NCBI GenBank assembly: GCA_007693875.1
Contig: RECT01000212.1
Location: forward strand, 1-43,576
Direction of reading: 5' to 3'
Source of the DNA: Spirulina sp. DLM2.Bin59
GTDB taxonomy: Bacteria; Cyanobacteriota; Cyanobacteriia; Cyanobacteriales; Spirulinaceae
Length of the DNA: 43,576 nt
In this document: piece after piece, positions 1 to 10,546 of the stretch
Position numbering within the stretch: position 1 is the first letter of the stretch
How the letters are laid out: every line of letters begins with the position of its first letter
Notes under the pieces: generated by a model
What the model saw: the letters and a program-made list of their open reading frames with translations, nothing else
Database searches by the model: none
What the model was told of the DNA's origin: nothing
Program-made: the position numbers and the translations under genes

Positions 1-20
1 TAAATTGGTTACAAAATGGT

Positions 21-80
21 GGGGAACGGGGAACGGGGAACGGGGAACGGGGAACAGGGAATGGGGAACGGGGAACGGGG
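21..80 (+). repeat. Heptamer tandem repeat (GGGGAAC)n, about 8 units, STRR-like
   Basis: GGGGAAC x5, AGGGAAT, GGGGAAC x2 read directly. Confidence 0.9.
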
Positions 81-168
81 TGGGTTCGCGATGACCGCAC
101 CTAGACGCTAAGGACAAGCTGTAGCAAGATACAATAGACAACAACGACTTAACATTTGTTCAACAGGC

Positions 169-2328
169 ATGGGAAGAGTAGTCGGCATTGATTTGGGAAC
201 CACCAACTCCGTTGTGGCCATCATGGATGGGGGCAAACCCCTCGTCATTGCCAACGCTGAAGGGATGCGTACTACTCCCTCTGTGGTGGGGTTTAATAAG
301 GATGGGGAGTTGGTCGTCGGGCAGTTGGCTCGCCGTCAAGCTGTCCTCAACCCTCAAAATACGTTCTATGCCCTCAAACGCTTCATTGGCCGGACGTATA
401 GTGAGTTAAACACCGAATCTCGCCGCGTTGCCTACACGGTGCGCCGGGATGATAACGGTAATGTCCGCATTCCTTGCCCCCGCCTCCGTCAGGATTTTGC
501 CCCGGAGGAACTTTCAGCGAAAATTCTCCGCAAACTGGCGGAAGATGCGGAGCGGTATTTAGGGGAACCGGTGACGGGGGCGGTGATCACGGTTCCGGCC
601 TATTTCAACGATTCCCAACGGCAGGCCACAAGGGACGCAGGCAAGATCGCCGGGTTGGATGTGTTGCGGATTATCAATGAACCCACCGCGGCCTCCCTGG
701 CCTATGGGTTAGACCGCAAGGAAAACCAAACAATTATGGTTTTTGACTTAGGCGGCGGAACCTTTGATGTGTCGATCCTGGAAGTGGGGGATGGCGTGTT
801 TGAGGTGCGGGCCACCAGTGGCGATACGCAGTTGGGGGGGAATGATTTTGATCGGCGGATTGTGGATTGGTTGGCGGAGCAGTTTTTAGAGGCGGAAGGG
901 ATTGATCTGCGGACGAGCGATCGCCAGGCCCTCCAACGCCTCACGGAAGCCGCCGAAAAGGCCAAAATTGAGCTTTCCGGGGTGGCCACGACGGAAATTA
1001 ACCTGCCCTTTATCACCGCCACGGAGGAGGGCCCCAAGCATATTGAAACCCAACTGAACCGGGCCCAATTTGAAGAACTCTGTGGGGATTTACTGAGCCG
1101 GATTCGGCGGCCCATTAAACGGGCGGTGAAGGATGCGGGGCTGACCCCTCGGCAGATTGATGAAATTGTCCTGGTGGGCGGCTCGACCCGGATGCCCATG
1201 GTGCAGGATCTGGTGCGGATGCTGATCGATCGCCAACCCAATCAAAACGTTAACCCCGATGAAGTGGTGGCGGTGGGGGCGGCAATCCAAGCGGGGATTC
1301 TCTCTGGGGTGGTGAAAGATGTTTTATTGCTGGATGTCACGCCCCTCTCTTTGGGATTGGAAACCATCAGCGGCGCGATGAAAAAGCTGATTCCCCGCAA
1401 TACGACGATTCCGGTGCGCCGTTCTGATATTTTTTCCACGGGGGAAAACAATCAAACGGTGGTGGAAATCCATATCCTCCAAGGGGAGCGAGAAATGGCC
1501 AAGGATAATAAATCTCTGGGCCGGTTTAAGCTGACGGGCCTGCCGCCAGCTCCCCGGGGTGTGCCGCAAATTCAGGTGGCCTTTGATATTGATGCCAATG
1601 GCATTTTGCAGGTGATGGCGATGGATCGCACCACGGGCCGGGAGCAGCGCATTGTTGTGCAGGAAGCCTCGACCCTGAGTCAGTCGGAGGTGAACCAGAT
1701 GCTTCAGGAGGCAGAGAGTTTTGCCCAACAGGATCGGGAACGGCGGGAGCGGGTGGAAAAACGCAACCGCTCGAAGGCGTTGATCGATCAATCCCAGCGG
1801 CGACTACGGGAAATTGTTTTAGATTTTGGCACTCAGTTTGCCAGCTATTACCGGCGGCAGATCGATGGGTTGGTGCAGCAGTTGGAGGCGGCCCTAGAGC
1901 GGGATGATGAGCGGGGGATCGATCGCACCTATGCCGATTTGCAAGATGCCCTCTATGAGTTGAATCGGGAGGTGCGATCGCAGTATGACGATGGGGAGGA
2001 TGATGATTTCTTTGGCTCCATCAAGCGGACATTTTCGGGGGATAAAAAGCGGGAGCGTTACCCGGAACCGGATCCCTACCGTTCTCCCTACGGCTCTCCC
2101 TATCAAAACGCCCCCTACGATGATCCCTACAGTGCGCCCCCCACAAGGCGGGTGGAGCGATCGCCCTATGAGGAACCCCGGCCCAGTCGTTCGGAGCGGC
2201 CCCGGGTGGGGGATAGCCGCAGTAGGGATGGGTATGGTAAAGCAGACCGCTACGGGGAGACGGATCGCCGCCGTCCGACGCGCCCCAATTATGACGATTG
2301 GGATGATGATGATGATGATTGGTTTTAA
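169..2328 (+). CDS. dnaK: Hsp70 chaperone DnaK, DnaK3 type
   Basis: [19 protein letters not shown] and LVGGSTRMP motifs; extended C-tail ending [11 protein letters not shown], typical of cyanobacterial DnaK3; followed by dnaJ. Confidence 0.96.
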   Translation: MGRVVGIDLGTTNSVVAIMDGGKPLVIANAEGMRTTPSVVGFNKDGELVVGQLARRQAVLNPQNTFYALKRFIGRTYSELNTESRRVAYTVRRDDNGNVRIPCPRLRQDFAPEELSAKILRKLAEDAERYLGEPVTGAVITVPAYFNDSQRQATRDAGKIAGLDVLRIINEPTAASLAYGLDRKENQTIMVFDLGGGTFDVSILEVGDGVFEVRATSGDTQLGGNDFDRRIVDWLAEQFLEAEGIDLRTSDRQALQRLTEAAEKAKIELSGVATTEINLPFITATEEGPKHIETQLNRAQFEELCGDLLSRIRRPIKRAVKDAGLTPRQIDEIVLVGGSTRMPMVQDLVRMLIDRQPNQNVNPDEVVAVGAAIQAGILSGVVKDVLLLDVTPLSLGLETISGAMKKLIPRNTTIPVRRSDIFSTGENNQTVVEIHILQGEREMAKDNKSLGRFKLTGLPPAPRGVPQIQVAFDIDANGILQVMAMDRTTGREQRIVVQEASTLSQSEVNQMLQEAESFAQQDRERRERVEKRNRSKALIDQSQRRLREIVLDFGTQFASYYRRQIDGLVQQLEAALERDDERGIDRTYADLQDALYELNREVRSQYDDGEDDDFFGSIKRTFSGDKKRERYPEPDPYRSPYGSPYQNAPYDDPYSAPPTRRVERSPYEEPRPSRSERPRVGDSRSRDGYGKADRYGETDRRRPTRPNYDDWDDDDDDWF

Positions 2329-2362
2329 GCGGGTTTAACCTTGGGGAGTAAAGCATTTGGGT

Positions 2363-3304
2363 ATGGAGAACTTTCGGAACTACTACGCGATTTTAGAAAT
2401 TGAACCCCAGGCTGCACCGGAGGAGGTGAAGCGGTCGTTTCGGCGTTTGGCGCGACGGTATCACCCGGATATGAATCCGGGGGATAAGCGGGCGGAGGAT
2501 AAATTTAAGGATATTAACGAGGCCTATGAGGTGCTGTCCGATGAGGGGCGGCGATCGCAATATGATCAATTCAGCCGCTTTATCCAAAATGGCAAGCGCA
2601 AACCGAGCCGCAGCAATGGCCGCCCAACGCCGGATAATTTCGACCCCACAAACTACACGGATTTTAACCGTTTCGTTGAGGATTTGTTCAATCAGGAAAC
2701 GACGAGTCAGGTGCGCATGGATGCAAAAACGCCGGAGGCTTACCGCCAGCGGCGCACGAAAACTGAACGCCCCCCCGCCCAACGGCCTAGGGATGTGGAG
2801 GCGCGGCTTTCTCTACCGTTGGAGAAGGCCTATCGAGGGGGGCGGGAGCGGATCCGGTTGGAGGATGGGCGATCGCTGGAGGTGGATATGCCTGCTGGGA
2901 TGTTGGATGGCCAGAAGATCCGGCTACGGGGCCAGGGTTTAAATGGGGGCAATTTATATTTAAAAATCACGGTTGAACCCCACGATCGCTTTACGTTGCG
3001 GGGTAGTGATGTGGTGTGTCAAATTCCTGTCACCCCCAGTGAGGCGATTTTAGGGGGGATGGTGGAAGTGCCGACGTTGGATGGGTTGGTGAAGATGAAT
3101 GTCCCGAAGGGGGTGCGATCGGGCCAAAAGTTGCGTCTGGCTAACAAGGGTTTTCCCCAGGAGGAGGAGGGCAAACGGGGGGATCAAATTGTCGAAATCC
3201 AAGTGGTAATCCCCACGACGGTTTCCCCAGAGGAGGCGGCTCTCTATGAGCAAATTCGTCAGATCGAAACCTTCAAACCCCGCCAAACTTTGATGAATTC
3301 CTAA
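2363..3304 (+). CDS. dnaJ: DnaJ-family co-chaperone (J domain plus C-terminal domain, no zinc finger)
   Basis: HPD motif (YHPDMNPG), DnaJ_C-like end, no CxxCxGxG repeats; in-frame ATG at 2363. Confidence 0.92.
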   Translation: MENFRNYYAILEIEPQAAPEEVKRSFRRLARRYHPDMNPGDKRAEDKFKDINEAYEVLSDEGRRSQYDQFSRFIQNGKRKPSRSNGRPTPDNFDPTNYTDFNRFVEDLFNQETTSQVRMDAKTPEAYRQRRTKTERPPAQRPRDVEARLSLPLEKAYRGGRERIRLEDGRSLEVDMPAGMLDGQKIRLRGQGLNGGNLYLKITVEPHDRFTLRGSDVVCQIPVTPSEAILGGMVEVPTLDGLVKMNVPKGVRSGQKLRLANKGFPQEEEGKRGDQIVEIQVVIPTTVSPEEAALYEQIRQIETFKPRQTLMNS

Positions 3305-3437
3305 TCCGTGATGGTTCACAGTTCGAGAGGAGCATTTTCCCATTGGGGGCGATCGCTTCTAGATTTTCCTGGCCAAGGTTTGGGGGTGTTGGGGGCCATG
3401 AGTGAAATATTGGGATGGATCCCATGGGCAGCGCGGC

Positions 3438-3446
3438 TGATATAAT
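3438..3446 (+). promoter_or_regulatory. Putative extended -10 promoter for the R-M pair
   Basis: TGATATAAT about 28 bp upstream of ATG 3474. Confidence 0.4.
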
Positions 3447-3473
3447 CTTGATAATCCTTGCTTGATAAAAAGC

Positions 3474-4127
3474 ATGAAGCCAACATTAACGATCAAGCAA
3501 TTCTGTGCTGAAGCAGCACAGTTTGCCGCAATAGAGTCTACCTATGATGAGCCTACACTGTATGGCGTAACCGACGGAAAAGCTGTTGGCACTTACCTTG
3601 AGCATAAATTTACCGCTTATTTAGCAAAAAATTATAGTTATCAGCTAGGCAATTCAGCCTCAGGTATTGATGTTCCTGAGCTTGAAATTGACATCAAGGT
3701 AACGAGCGGAAAGCAACCTCAATCTTCATGCCCGTTTAAGTCTGCCGCGCAAAAAATTTATGGGCTTGGATATCATCTTCTGATTTTTGTGTATGACAAA
3801 TATGACGATTCTAATCATAGAACTGCAAGGTTAGATATACAGCATACTATTTTTGTGAATAAAAGCCGGACAGCAGATTTTCAAACAACTAGAGGTATTT
3901 TAGAAATCTTAGATCGTGATGGCAATAAAGATGATATTATTGCATTTTTGCAAGATAGAAATTTACCCGTTGATGAAATTGGTGCAAATCAATTGGCTGA
4001 TCAAATATTGGCATCACCACCAAGTCAAGGTTATTTAACGATATCTAATGCTCTCCAATGGAGATTACAATACAGGCGTGTTATTCAACAAGCAGGTAAT
4101 ATTTCAGAAATAATTAGAGTTCGATAA
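3474..4127 (+). CDS. Type II restriction endonuclease, NspV-like (probable site TTCGAA)
   Basis: LYGVTDGKAVGTY, GNSASGID..DIKVTS (PD-(D/E)xK), QPQSSCPFKSA and ISNALQWRLQY match R.NspV as I recall it; about 220 aa; adjacent methyltransferase. Confidence 0.8.
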   Translation: MKPTLTIKQFCAEAAQFAAIESTYDEPTLYGVTDGKAVGTYLEHKFTAYLAKNYSYQLGNSASGIDVPELEIDIKVTSGKQPQSSCPFKSAAQKIYGLGYHLLIFVYDKYDDSNHRTARLDIQHTIFVNKSRTADFQTTRGILEILDRDGNKDDIIAFLQDRNLPVDEIGANQLADQILASPPSQGYLTISNALQWRLQYRRVIQQAGNISEIIRVR

Positions 4128-4128
4128 C

Positions 4129-5682
4129 ATGGTGAAATCATTAGATAAATGGCAGTTTGGTGATTTTCAAACACCGGATGAGCTGGCAAGATCTGCGACT
4201 AAGCTCCTTAGCGAAAAATACAGCCTCTCTCCTGATCTAGTTATAGAACCAACTTGTGGAGTAGGGTCTTTTCTTAAGGCATCTTTAAGGGAGTTTGGCA
4301 GCTCAAGAATTGTAGGTTTTGATATTAATGAGCAATATGTTCAGCAGGCCAGAAAATCCTTATTGAAATATCCGAATTCAGAAAATGTAACTGTTTTCAC
4401 AGAAGATTTTTTTAGCATGGATTGGAATTCCTTTCTTGCTGATTTTTCGGGATATATTTTGGTGATTGGGAATCCCCCTTGGGTTACGAGTAGTGAATTA
4501 AGCATCATCAATAGCAAAAATTTGCCTTCAAAATCAAATTTTCAAAATCGTCGTGGCATTGAGGCAATCACAGGCTCAGGTAATTTTGATATTTCGGAAT
4601 GGATGCTACTGAAATATACTGAATGGTTCAAAAAAAGAGAGGGTACTGTAGCTGTCTTGTGTAAGTATTCGGTGGCGCGTAAGGTTTTTAGGCAAATCCA
4701 AAAAAAACTAGGTAATAAATTCTGCGCTGATATTTACCGAATTGATGCAAAATTGTTCTTTGGAGCTTCAGTAGAGGCTTGCTTTTTTGTTTTATCTACT
4801 CATTCTCATGCCAGTTCTGACTGCATTGTTTATCAAGATCTGACATCAAATCAGATACTTTACTGCATTGGTGAAAGAGATGGATTGACTATTAAAGACA
4901 CAGTAAAATATAAAAAATGGAAGCATTTATCAGGGCAAGATTTCAGATATATTTGGCGTTCTGGGATTAAGCATGATTGCTCAAAAATAATGGAGCTTGA
5001 GCAAGTTGAAGATGGATTATTTAAAAATGGGATGAATCAACGGTATTCACTGGAATCAAAGTATTTATATCCTCTTTTAAAGGGTTCAGATGTTGGTAAT
5101 GGTAGGGTTAGTATGTGTCGGAAGTTTGTTTTAGTTACACAAAAATTTATTGGTGAGGATACAAGTGTTATTAAGGATAAAGCACCGAATACTTGGCAGT
5201 ATTTACTTGGCTATGATGATCTACTGAGTAATCGAAAAAGTTCAATATACAGAAATAAACCGCTGTATTCTATATTTGGGGTAGGAGAATATTCATTTAA
5301 GTATTGGAAGGTTGCGATATCTGGGCTTTATAAAAGGTTGAATTTTTCGCTAATTAAGCCCATTCATAATAAGCCGGTTATGTTGGATGATACGGTTAAT
5401 TTTTTGTCTTTTGATACAGAGGAAGAGGCTTGTTTCATTTTTAGTCTTCTGACTGCTCAACCATCGCTTGAATTTTTTGAATCTATGATTTTTTGGGATG
5501 AAAAAAGACCCATCACTATAGATATTCTTAGAAGGCTTTCTCTAAAAGCTGTTGCTGAGGAAATGGGTTTGTTAGAAAAATATATGGAGTTAGCCGGATT
5601 GACGCGAGTTAATGGTAGTGGACAGCTAGAGTTAGGATTGGCAGAACGACCCTCATTTTATCAAATTTCGATGGACATTTAA
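4129..5682 (+). CDS. Amino (probably N6-adenine) DNA methyltransferase, gamma class, partner of the endonuclease
   Basis: GDFQTP, motif I EPTCGVGSF, motif IV GNPPW in gamma order; starts 1 bp after the endonuclease stop; AT-rich. Confidence 0.88.
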   Translation: MVKSLDKWQFGDFQTPDELARSATKLLSEKYSLSPDLVIEPTCGVGSFLKASLREFGSSRIVGFDINEQYVQQARKSLLKYPNSENVTVFTEDFFSMDWNSFLADFSGYILVIGNPPWVTSSELSIINSKNLPSKSNFQNRRGIEAITGSGNFDISEWMLLKYTEWFKKREGTVAVLCKYSVARKVFRQIQKKLGNKFCADIYRIDAKLFFGASVEACFFVLSTHSHASSDCIVYQDLTSNQILYCIGERDGLTIKDTVKYKKWKHLSGQDFRYIWRSGIKHDCSKIMELEQVEDGLFKNGMNQRYSLESKYLYPLLKGSDVGNGRVSMCRKFVLVTQKFIGEDTSVIKDKAPNTWQYLLGYDDLLSNRKSSIYRNKPLYSIFGVGEYSFKYWKVAISGLYKRLNFSLIKPIHNKPVMLDDTVNFLSFDTEEEACFIFSLLTAQPSLEFFESMIFWDEKRPITIDILRRLSLKAVAEEMGLLEKYMELAGLTRVNGSGQLELGLAERPSFYQISMDI

Positions 5683-5691
5683 TTTCACTAT

Positions 5692-5887
5692 CTGACATTC
5701 CGCAGGTTGCTCAAAAATGGTGCGTCAGCCGTCACGCTGCTCTTTTGCCTCAGAGATTAATCGCTCTGACGCACCCTACAACCCAAGCGTAGGGTGCGTC
5801 AGACCAGATCAATGATGATGTTGATCGTTGAATTCTGTCTGACGCACCGTTCACTAGCATCATTAGTCTTAACCTACGGAATGTGAG
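5692..5887. mobile_element. MITE-like element, 196 bp, 17-bp terminal inverted repeats, 6-bp target duplication
   Basis: Left CTGACATTCCGCAGGTT (5692-5708) vs right AACCTACGGAATGTGAG (5871-5887): 15/17 inverted match; CACTAT on both flanks (5686-5691, 5888-5893). Confidence 0.8.
5719..5848. repeat. Inverted pair of GTAG-type REP palindromes inside the MITE
   Basis: GGTGCGTCAG(5719)..CTGACGCACCCTAC(5766-5779) and GTAGGGTGCGTCAG(5789-5802)..CTGACGCACC(5839-5848). Confidence 0.8.
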
Positions 5888-5942
5888 CACTATAGATCTA
5901 TAAACGTCTACGATAAATCATTTCATTCACGAAAGAATATCC

Positions 5943-7058
<1,116 letters not shown>

Positions 7059-7178
7059 TTAGGGAGGGGCAATCCGCGATGGCTTACCCATCTGCGATAG
7101 CGTATCCATCGACGGGGAACACACCAGCCCACCACAAGGGCGTGGCGGATTGGTTCACCCGTCGCGTGGGTTTTGGGG

Positions 7179-7316
7179 TTAGACGGCGTAGGCTACACGG
7201 AGGGCCCAGAGGATTAAGATGGCAATGCTACCCAAGACGAGGGCGGCGGATGTGTAGACCAATAGGGGCTGGTCAGCACCTTTGAATTTCATGATGCCGC
7301 GATTCAGATCAGACAT
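7179..7316 (-). CDS. ndhQ: NDH-1 small subunit NdhQ (45 aa; not in the ORF track)
   Basis: Hand translation MSDLNRGIMKFKGADQPLLVYTSAALVLGSIAILILWALRVAYAV*; NRGIMKFxGAD, one TM helix and WALxxAY match NdhQ as recalled. Confidence 0.85.
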   Translation of the reverse strand: MSDLNRGIMKFKGADQPLLVYTSAALVLGSIAILILWALRVAYAV

Positions 7317-7402
7317 GGTTGTGTTTCCTTGGTTGCAGACTGCAATGTGGCCATTGATGGCTGATTATTCTCTCATCTTAATCATCGGAAGGGAAACCGC
7401 CT

Positions 7403-8320
7403 ATGCTAATTTTCTGGGTTTTGCTGACAATGGCGATCGCCTTGCTCCTCATCGAAACGATCCTCCGCTGGCGTTTCGGCCTCGGCCGTCCCCTCCTCTA
7501 CATTGCTGATCCGGAGATCGGCTATCTCCCCGCCCCCCACCAACGCACCCGCCGCGATGGTCGCCGCATTGTGATCAATGGCTACGGGATGCGGGGGCCG
7601 GAGCTTACCCCAGAACCGACGGGGGCGCGACTGCTGCTCTTGGGGGATTCTGTGGCCAATGGGGGCTGGTGGACGGATCAGGGGCGGATTATTTCGGCGC
7701 GTTTGGGGCAGCAGTTGGGGTTAGAAGTGTTGAATGCTTCGGCCAATTCCTGGGGGCCGCGCAATCAGTGGGCCTATGTGGCGCGGTTTGGTTTATTTAA
7801 CGCTCAGGGGGTGATCCTGCTGCTTAATACTGATGATTTATTTGCCACGGCTCCCTCACCGTTACGGGTGGGGCGCGATCGCAATTACCCCGATCGCCTC
7901 CCTTGGTGCGCCCTCCATGAGGTTTATCAACGCTATGGCCGCAAGGTCAAACCGTTACCGGCATTAGTCGCCCTGGATCAGGAGGGGGGCGATCGCGTCG
8001 GTAAAAACCTGACAGCCTTGGCCCAAATCCACACCCTCGCCCAAACCCAAGGGGCGCAATTTTATCTCGCCATGACTCCCCTCAAACGGGAACTAAAACC
8101 CGGAAAACCCCGGGATTATGAACTTGTGGCCCGCGATCGCCTCACCACCTTTGCCCAAACCCAGGGGATCCCCTACTGTGATTTTCTCCCCCACTTCAAT
8201 GCCGACCCCGATCCCCATCGCTTCTACCATGACCACATCCACCTCAACGACGCAGGCAATGGCATCGTTACCGCTGGCCTGGCGGCTTTATGGCAGGGGG
8301 ATCAAGCGGAAGCAGGATAG
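7403..8320 (+). CDS. SGNH/GDSL hydrolase family protein with N-terminal membrane anchor
   Basis: LLLGDSVA block I, DHIHLN block V. Confidence 0.85.
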   Translation: MLIFWVLLTMAIALLLIETILRWRFGLGRPLLYIADPEIGYLPAPHQRTRRDGRRIVINGYGMRGPELTPEPTGARLLLLGDSVANGGWWTDQGRIISARLGQQLGLEVLNASANSWGPRNQWAYVARFGLFNAQGVILLLNTDDLFATAPSPLRVGRDRNYPDRLPWCALHEVYQRYGRKVKPLPALVALDQEGGDRVGKNLTALAQIHTLAQTQGAQFYLAMTPLKRELKPGKPRDYELVARDRLTTFAQTQGIPYCDFLPHFNADPDPHRFYHDHIHLNDAGNGIVTAGLAALWQGDQAEAG

Positions 8321-10389
8321 TGAATGATCAGGATGGAAAGATCCGGGGCGGTGCGGGCGATCGCCTCCGGGTCATTGCCCAACACCGATAAACCGAGCAA
8401 ATTGCCATCGGATTCTACGATGAGCACCAACAGATCATCCTGGTTGATCAGCTCCACAATACGCGGCACAAAATTGCCCCGCTCTTGGCGGAGGGTGATG
8501 TTACTGAAATGGGGGGGGATGGCGATGGCCGTCGGGCTATGTTGGCTTGGGGTGACTTGGGCCACCTCTAACCGCGCTTTTAACTCCGTGGCGAGGGTGT
8601 GGGTGATCTGGAGGGCGGCGGTGAAATGGGGGGGAGGTTGGCCTTGATCCGCAAGGGCGAGGATGATCCGCTGGGTGGTTTTGAGGGGATGGGTAAACCG
8701 GGTGACGAGGACAGGGACGGGCGATCGCCGCAGCACATTATCAATCACACTGCCGAAAAAATTATCCCGATAGTTGGAATAGCCTTTCCAACCACAAATA
8801 ATCAAACTGGCCCCGTTCTCCTGGGTAGCCCGGACGATGGCCTTATCAATGGAATCATCCACCCGCCCAATGGTTTTAACCGCCGTCACCGCCGCATGGG
8901 AAATCTGCTCCGCATGGGCTAAAAGCTGGGCTTGACGGGTCTGATCTGAGGGGGTAATTGGCCCTAAATGATCTAAAAGCACATGGAAGGGTAAGAGCGT
9001 GCCTTGACTTTGTTTCGCCAATAAAATCCCCAAATTTAAGAGGTTATCCTCCGTATCGGGGTTGGCCACCGGCACTAAAATGCGATATTTCGCCGGTTGA
9101 TTGCCGGGGGATGGTAGCGGCACAATGGGCTGGGCCGTCGCGGCTCCCCCTGCTTTCACCTGGCGACCCCAGCGATCTGTCACCCAGGGGGAGAGTAAAC
9201 AGGTGGCCAGGATCATGGCGATCGTGCCGTTCACCGTCCGCTGATCCACCAGTTGGATGTCGTAGGCCACGGTGATAGCCGCCAGGGTGGAGGCCGCCTG
9301 AGCCACGGAGAGGCCGAACATGGTGAGGGTTTGGGGGGCAGGATATTTAAAGATCAACCCTGTGAGCCAAGCGGGGAGCAATTTGGCGGCGATCGCCACC
9401 CCAATCATCACCCCCGCCACCAGCAGCGAGGCCCATTCCTGAAATAAAATGCCGGGGTTGACCAACATCCCCACGGAAATCAGAAAGAAGGGGATAAACA
9501 GGGTATTGGCAATAAATTGCAGCCGGTTCATTAAGGGACTCAAGGAGGGAATCAGTTCAGTGATGGCAATCCCGGCTAGAAACGCGCCGATAATTGGCTC
9601 AATGTCGATAAGCTTGGCCCCATAGGACACCACAAACAACGTCGCCACCACAAACAAAAATTCTGCCCCCTCATCATGGCCAAACCGCCGAAAAAACCAC
9701 CGCCCCAGCCGGGGTACACCCCAAAGGGTGGCCACGGTGTAGATCGTCAGGGAGGGAATTAACACGAGCCAAAACCCCAAGCTCAGATCCCCTTGGTGGG
9801 CCTGCACCACCACCGCCAACACCAAGAGGGCAAAGACATTGGTGATTAATGTGCCGCCAAGGGTGGTGGTGACAATGGGCGATCGCATAATCCCCAACTT
9901 GCTCACCACCGGCAGGGAAAGCAACGTATGGGAGGCAAAGCAGGAGGCCACAAGGATTGCAGCCAGCCAACTATAACCCAGCAGTAAAAATGCCGCCGTC
10001 CCCATCACCATGGGGATGATAAACGTGGCCAGGCCAAACGTAACCGCCTGTTTACCATTGTGTTTGAGGTCGTTGAGGCTCGTTTCCAATCCCGCCAGGA
10101 ACATTAAAAACAATAACCCCACGGTTCCCAGGAGGATGATGGTATTATCCCGCTGCAACACCCCTAAACCATTGGGGCCCACCAACACCCCGGCAAGAAT
10201 TAACCCAACAATCCCCGGCAAACGAAACCGCTCAAACATCAAGGGGGCCACCAACATGATCGCCATGATGATCAAAAAGACCCCCACCGGATCGGTAATC
10301 GGGCCGCCAAAAATCGCTAATACGGGCGGGGAAATCCGCGTTAGCGCAGTCATTTGCCAGGATCCATCAAAGGGTGGCCCTATAGTCAT
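8302..10389 (-). CDS. Cation:proton antiporter (CPA2) with C-terminal USP-like domain
   Basis: Multi-TM N-half (LLFLMFLAGLE, IIGAFLAG); ILVPVANP and FFGSVIDNVL USP motifs; start uncertain. Confidence 0.88.
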   Translation of the reverse strand: MTIGPPFDGSWQMTALTRISPPVLAIFGGPITDPVGVFLIIMAIMLVAPLMFERFRLPGIVGLILAGVLVGPNGLGVLQRDNTIILLGTVGLLFLMFLAGLETSLNDLKHNGKQAVTFGLATFIIPMVMGTAAFLLLGYSWLAAILVASCFASHTLLSLPVVSKLGIMRSPIVTTTLGGTLITNVFALLVLAVVVQAHQGDLSLGFWLVLIPSLTIYTVATLWGVPRLGRWFFRRFGHDEGAEFLFVVATLFVVSYGAKLIDIEPIIGAFLAGIAITELIPSLSPLMNRLQFIANTLFIPFFLISVGMLVNPGILFQEWASLLVAGVMIGVAIAAKLLPAWLTGLIFKYPAPQTLTMFGLSVAQAASTLAAITVAYDIQLVDQRTVNGTIAMILATCLLSPWVTDRWGRQVKAGGAATAQPIVPLPSPGNQPAKYRILVPVANPDTEDNLLNLGILLAKQSQGTLLPFHVLLDHLGPITPSDQTRQAQLLAHAEQISHAAVTAVKTIGRVDDSIDKAIVRATQENGASLIICGWKGYSNYRDNFFGSVIDNVLRRSPVPVLVTRFTHPLKTTQRIILALADQGQPPPHFTAALQITHTLATELKARLEVAQVTPSQHSPTAIAIPPHFSNITLRQERGNFVPRIVELINQDDLLVLIVESDGNLLGLSVLGNDPEAIARTAPDLSILIIHYPASA

Positions 10390-10546
10390 CCAACGTGCTC
10401 CTGCCTTAAAGGTTTGCGGTTAGGGTTAAGCCTGTGGTGATCCCTCCCCACGAGGCATCAACGCCGTTTCATTAAGCCATGAATATCCTCACAATATCAA
10501 GCTCATGGGAAATTGCCCCCAATATAACCCACAAGGGAGACCGGGT

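Noticed and set aside
5719-5848. Repeat-spacer-like pattern suggesting a mini CRISPR
   Set aside because: Repeats alternate in orientation, are only 10-14 bp, carry GTAG ends, and no cas genes are present
7076-7111. Imperfect 18-bp tandem duplication downstream of ndhQ
   Set aside because: Only two degenerate units; cannot be distinguished from chance
10390-10546. Possible riboswitch upstream of the antiporter
   Set aside because: No recognisable c-di-AMP or cation riboswitch consensus by eye; an Rfam scan would decide
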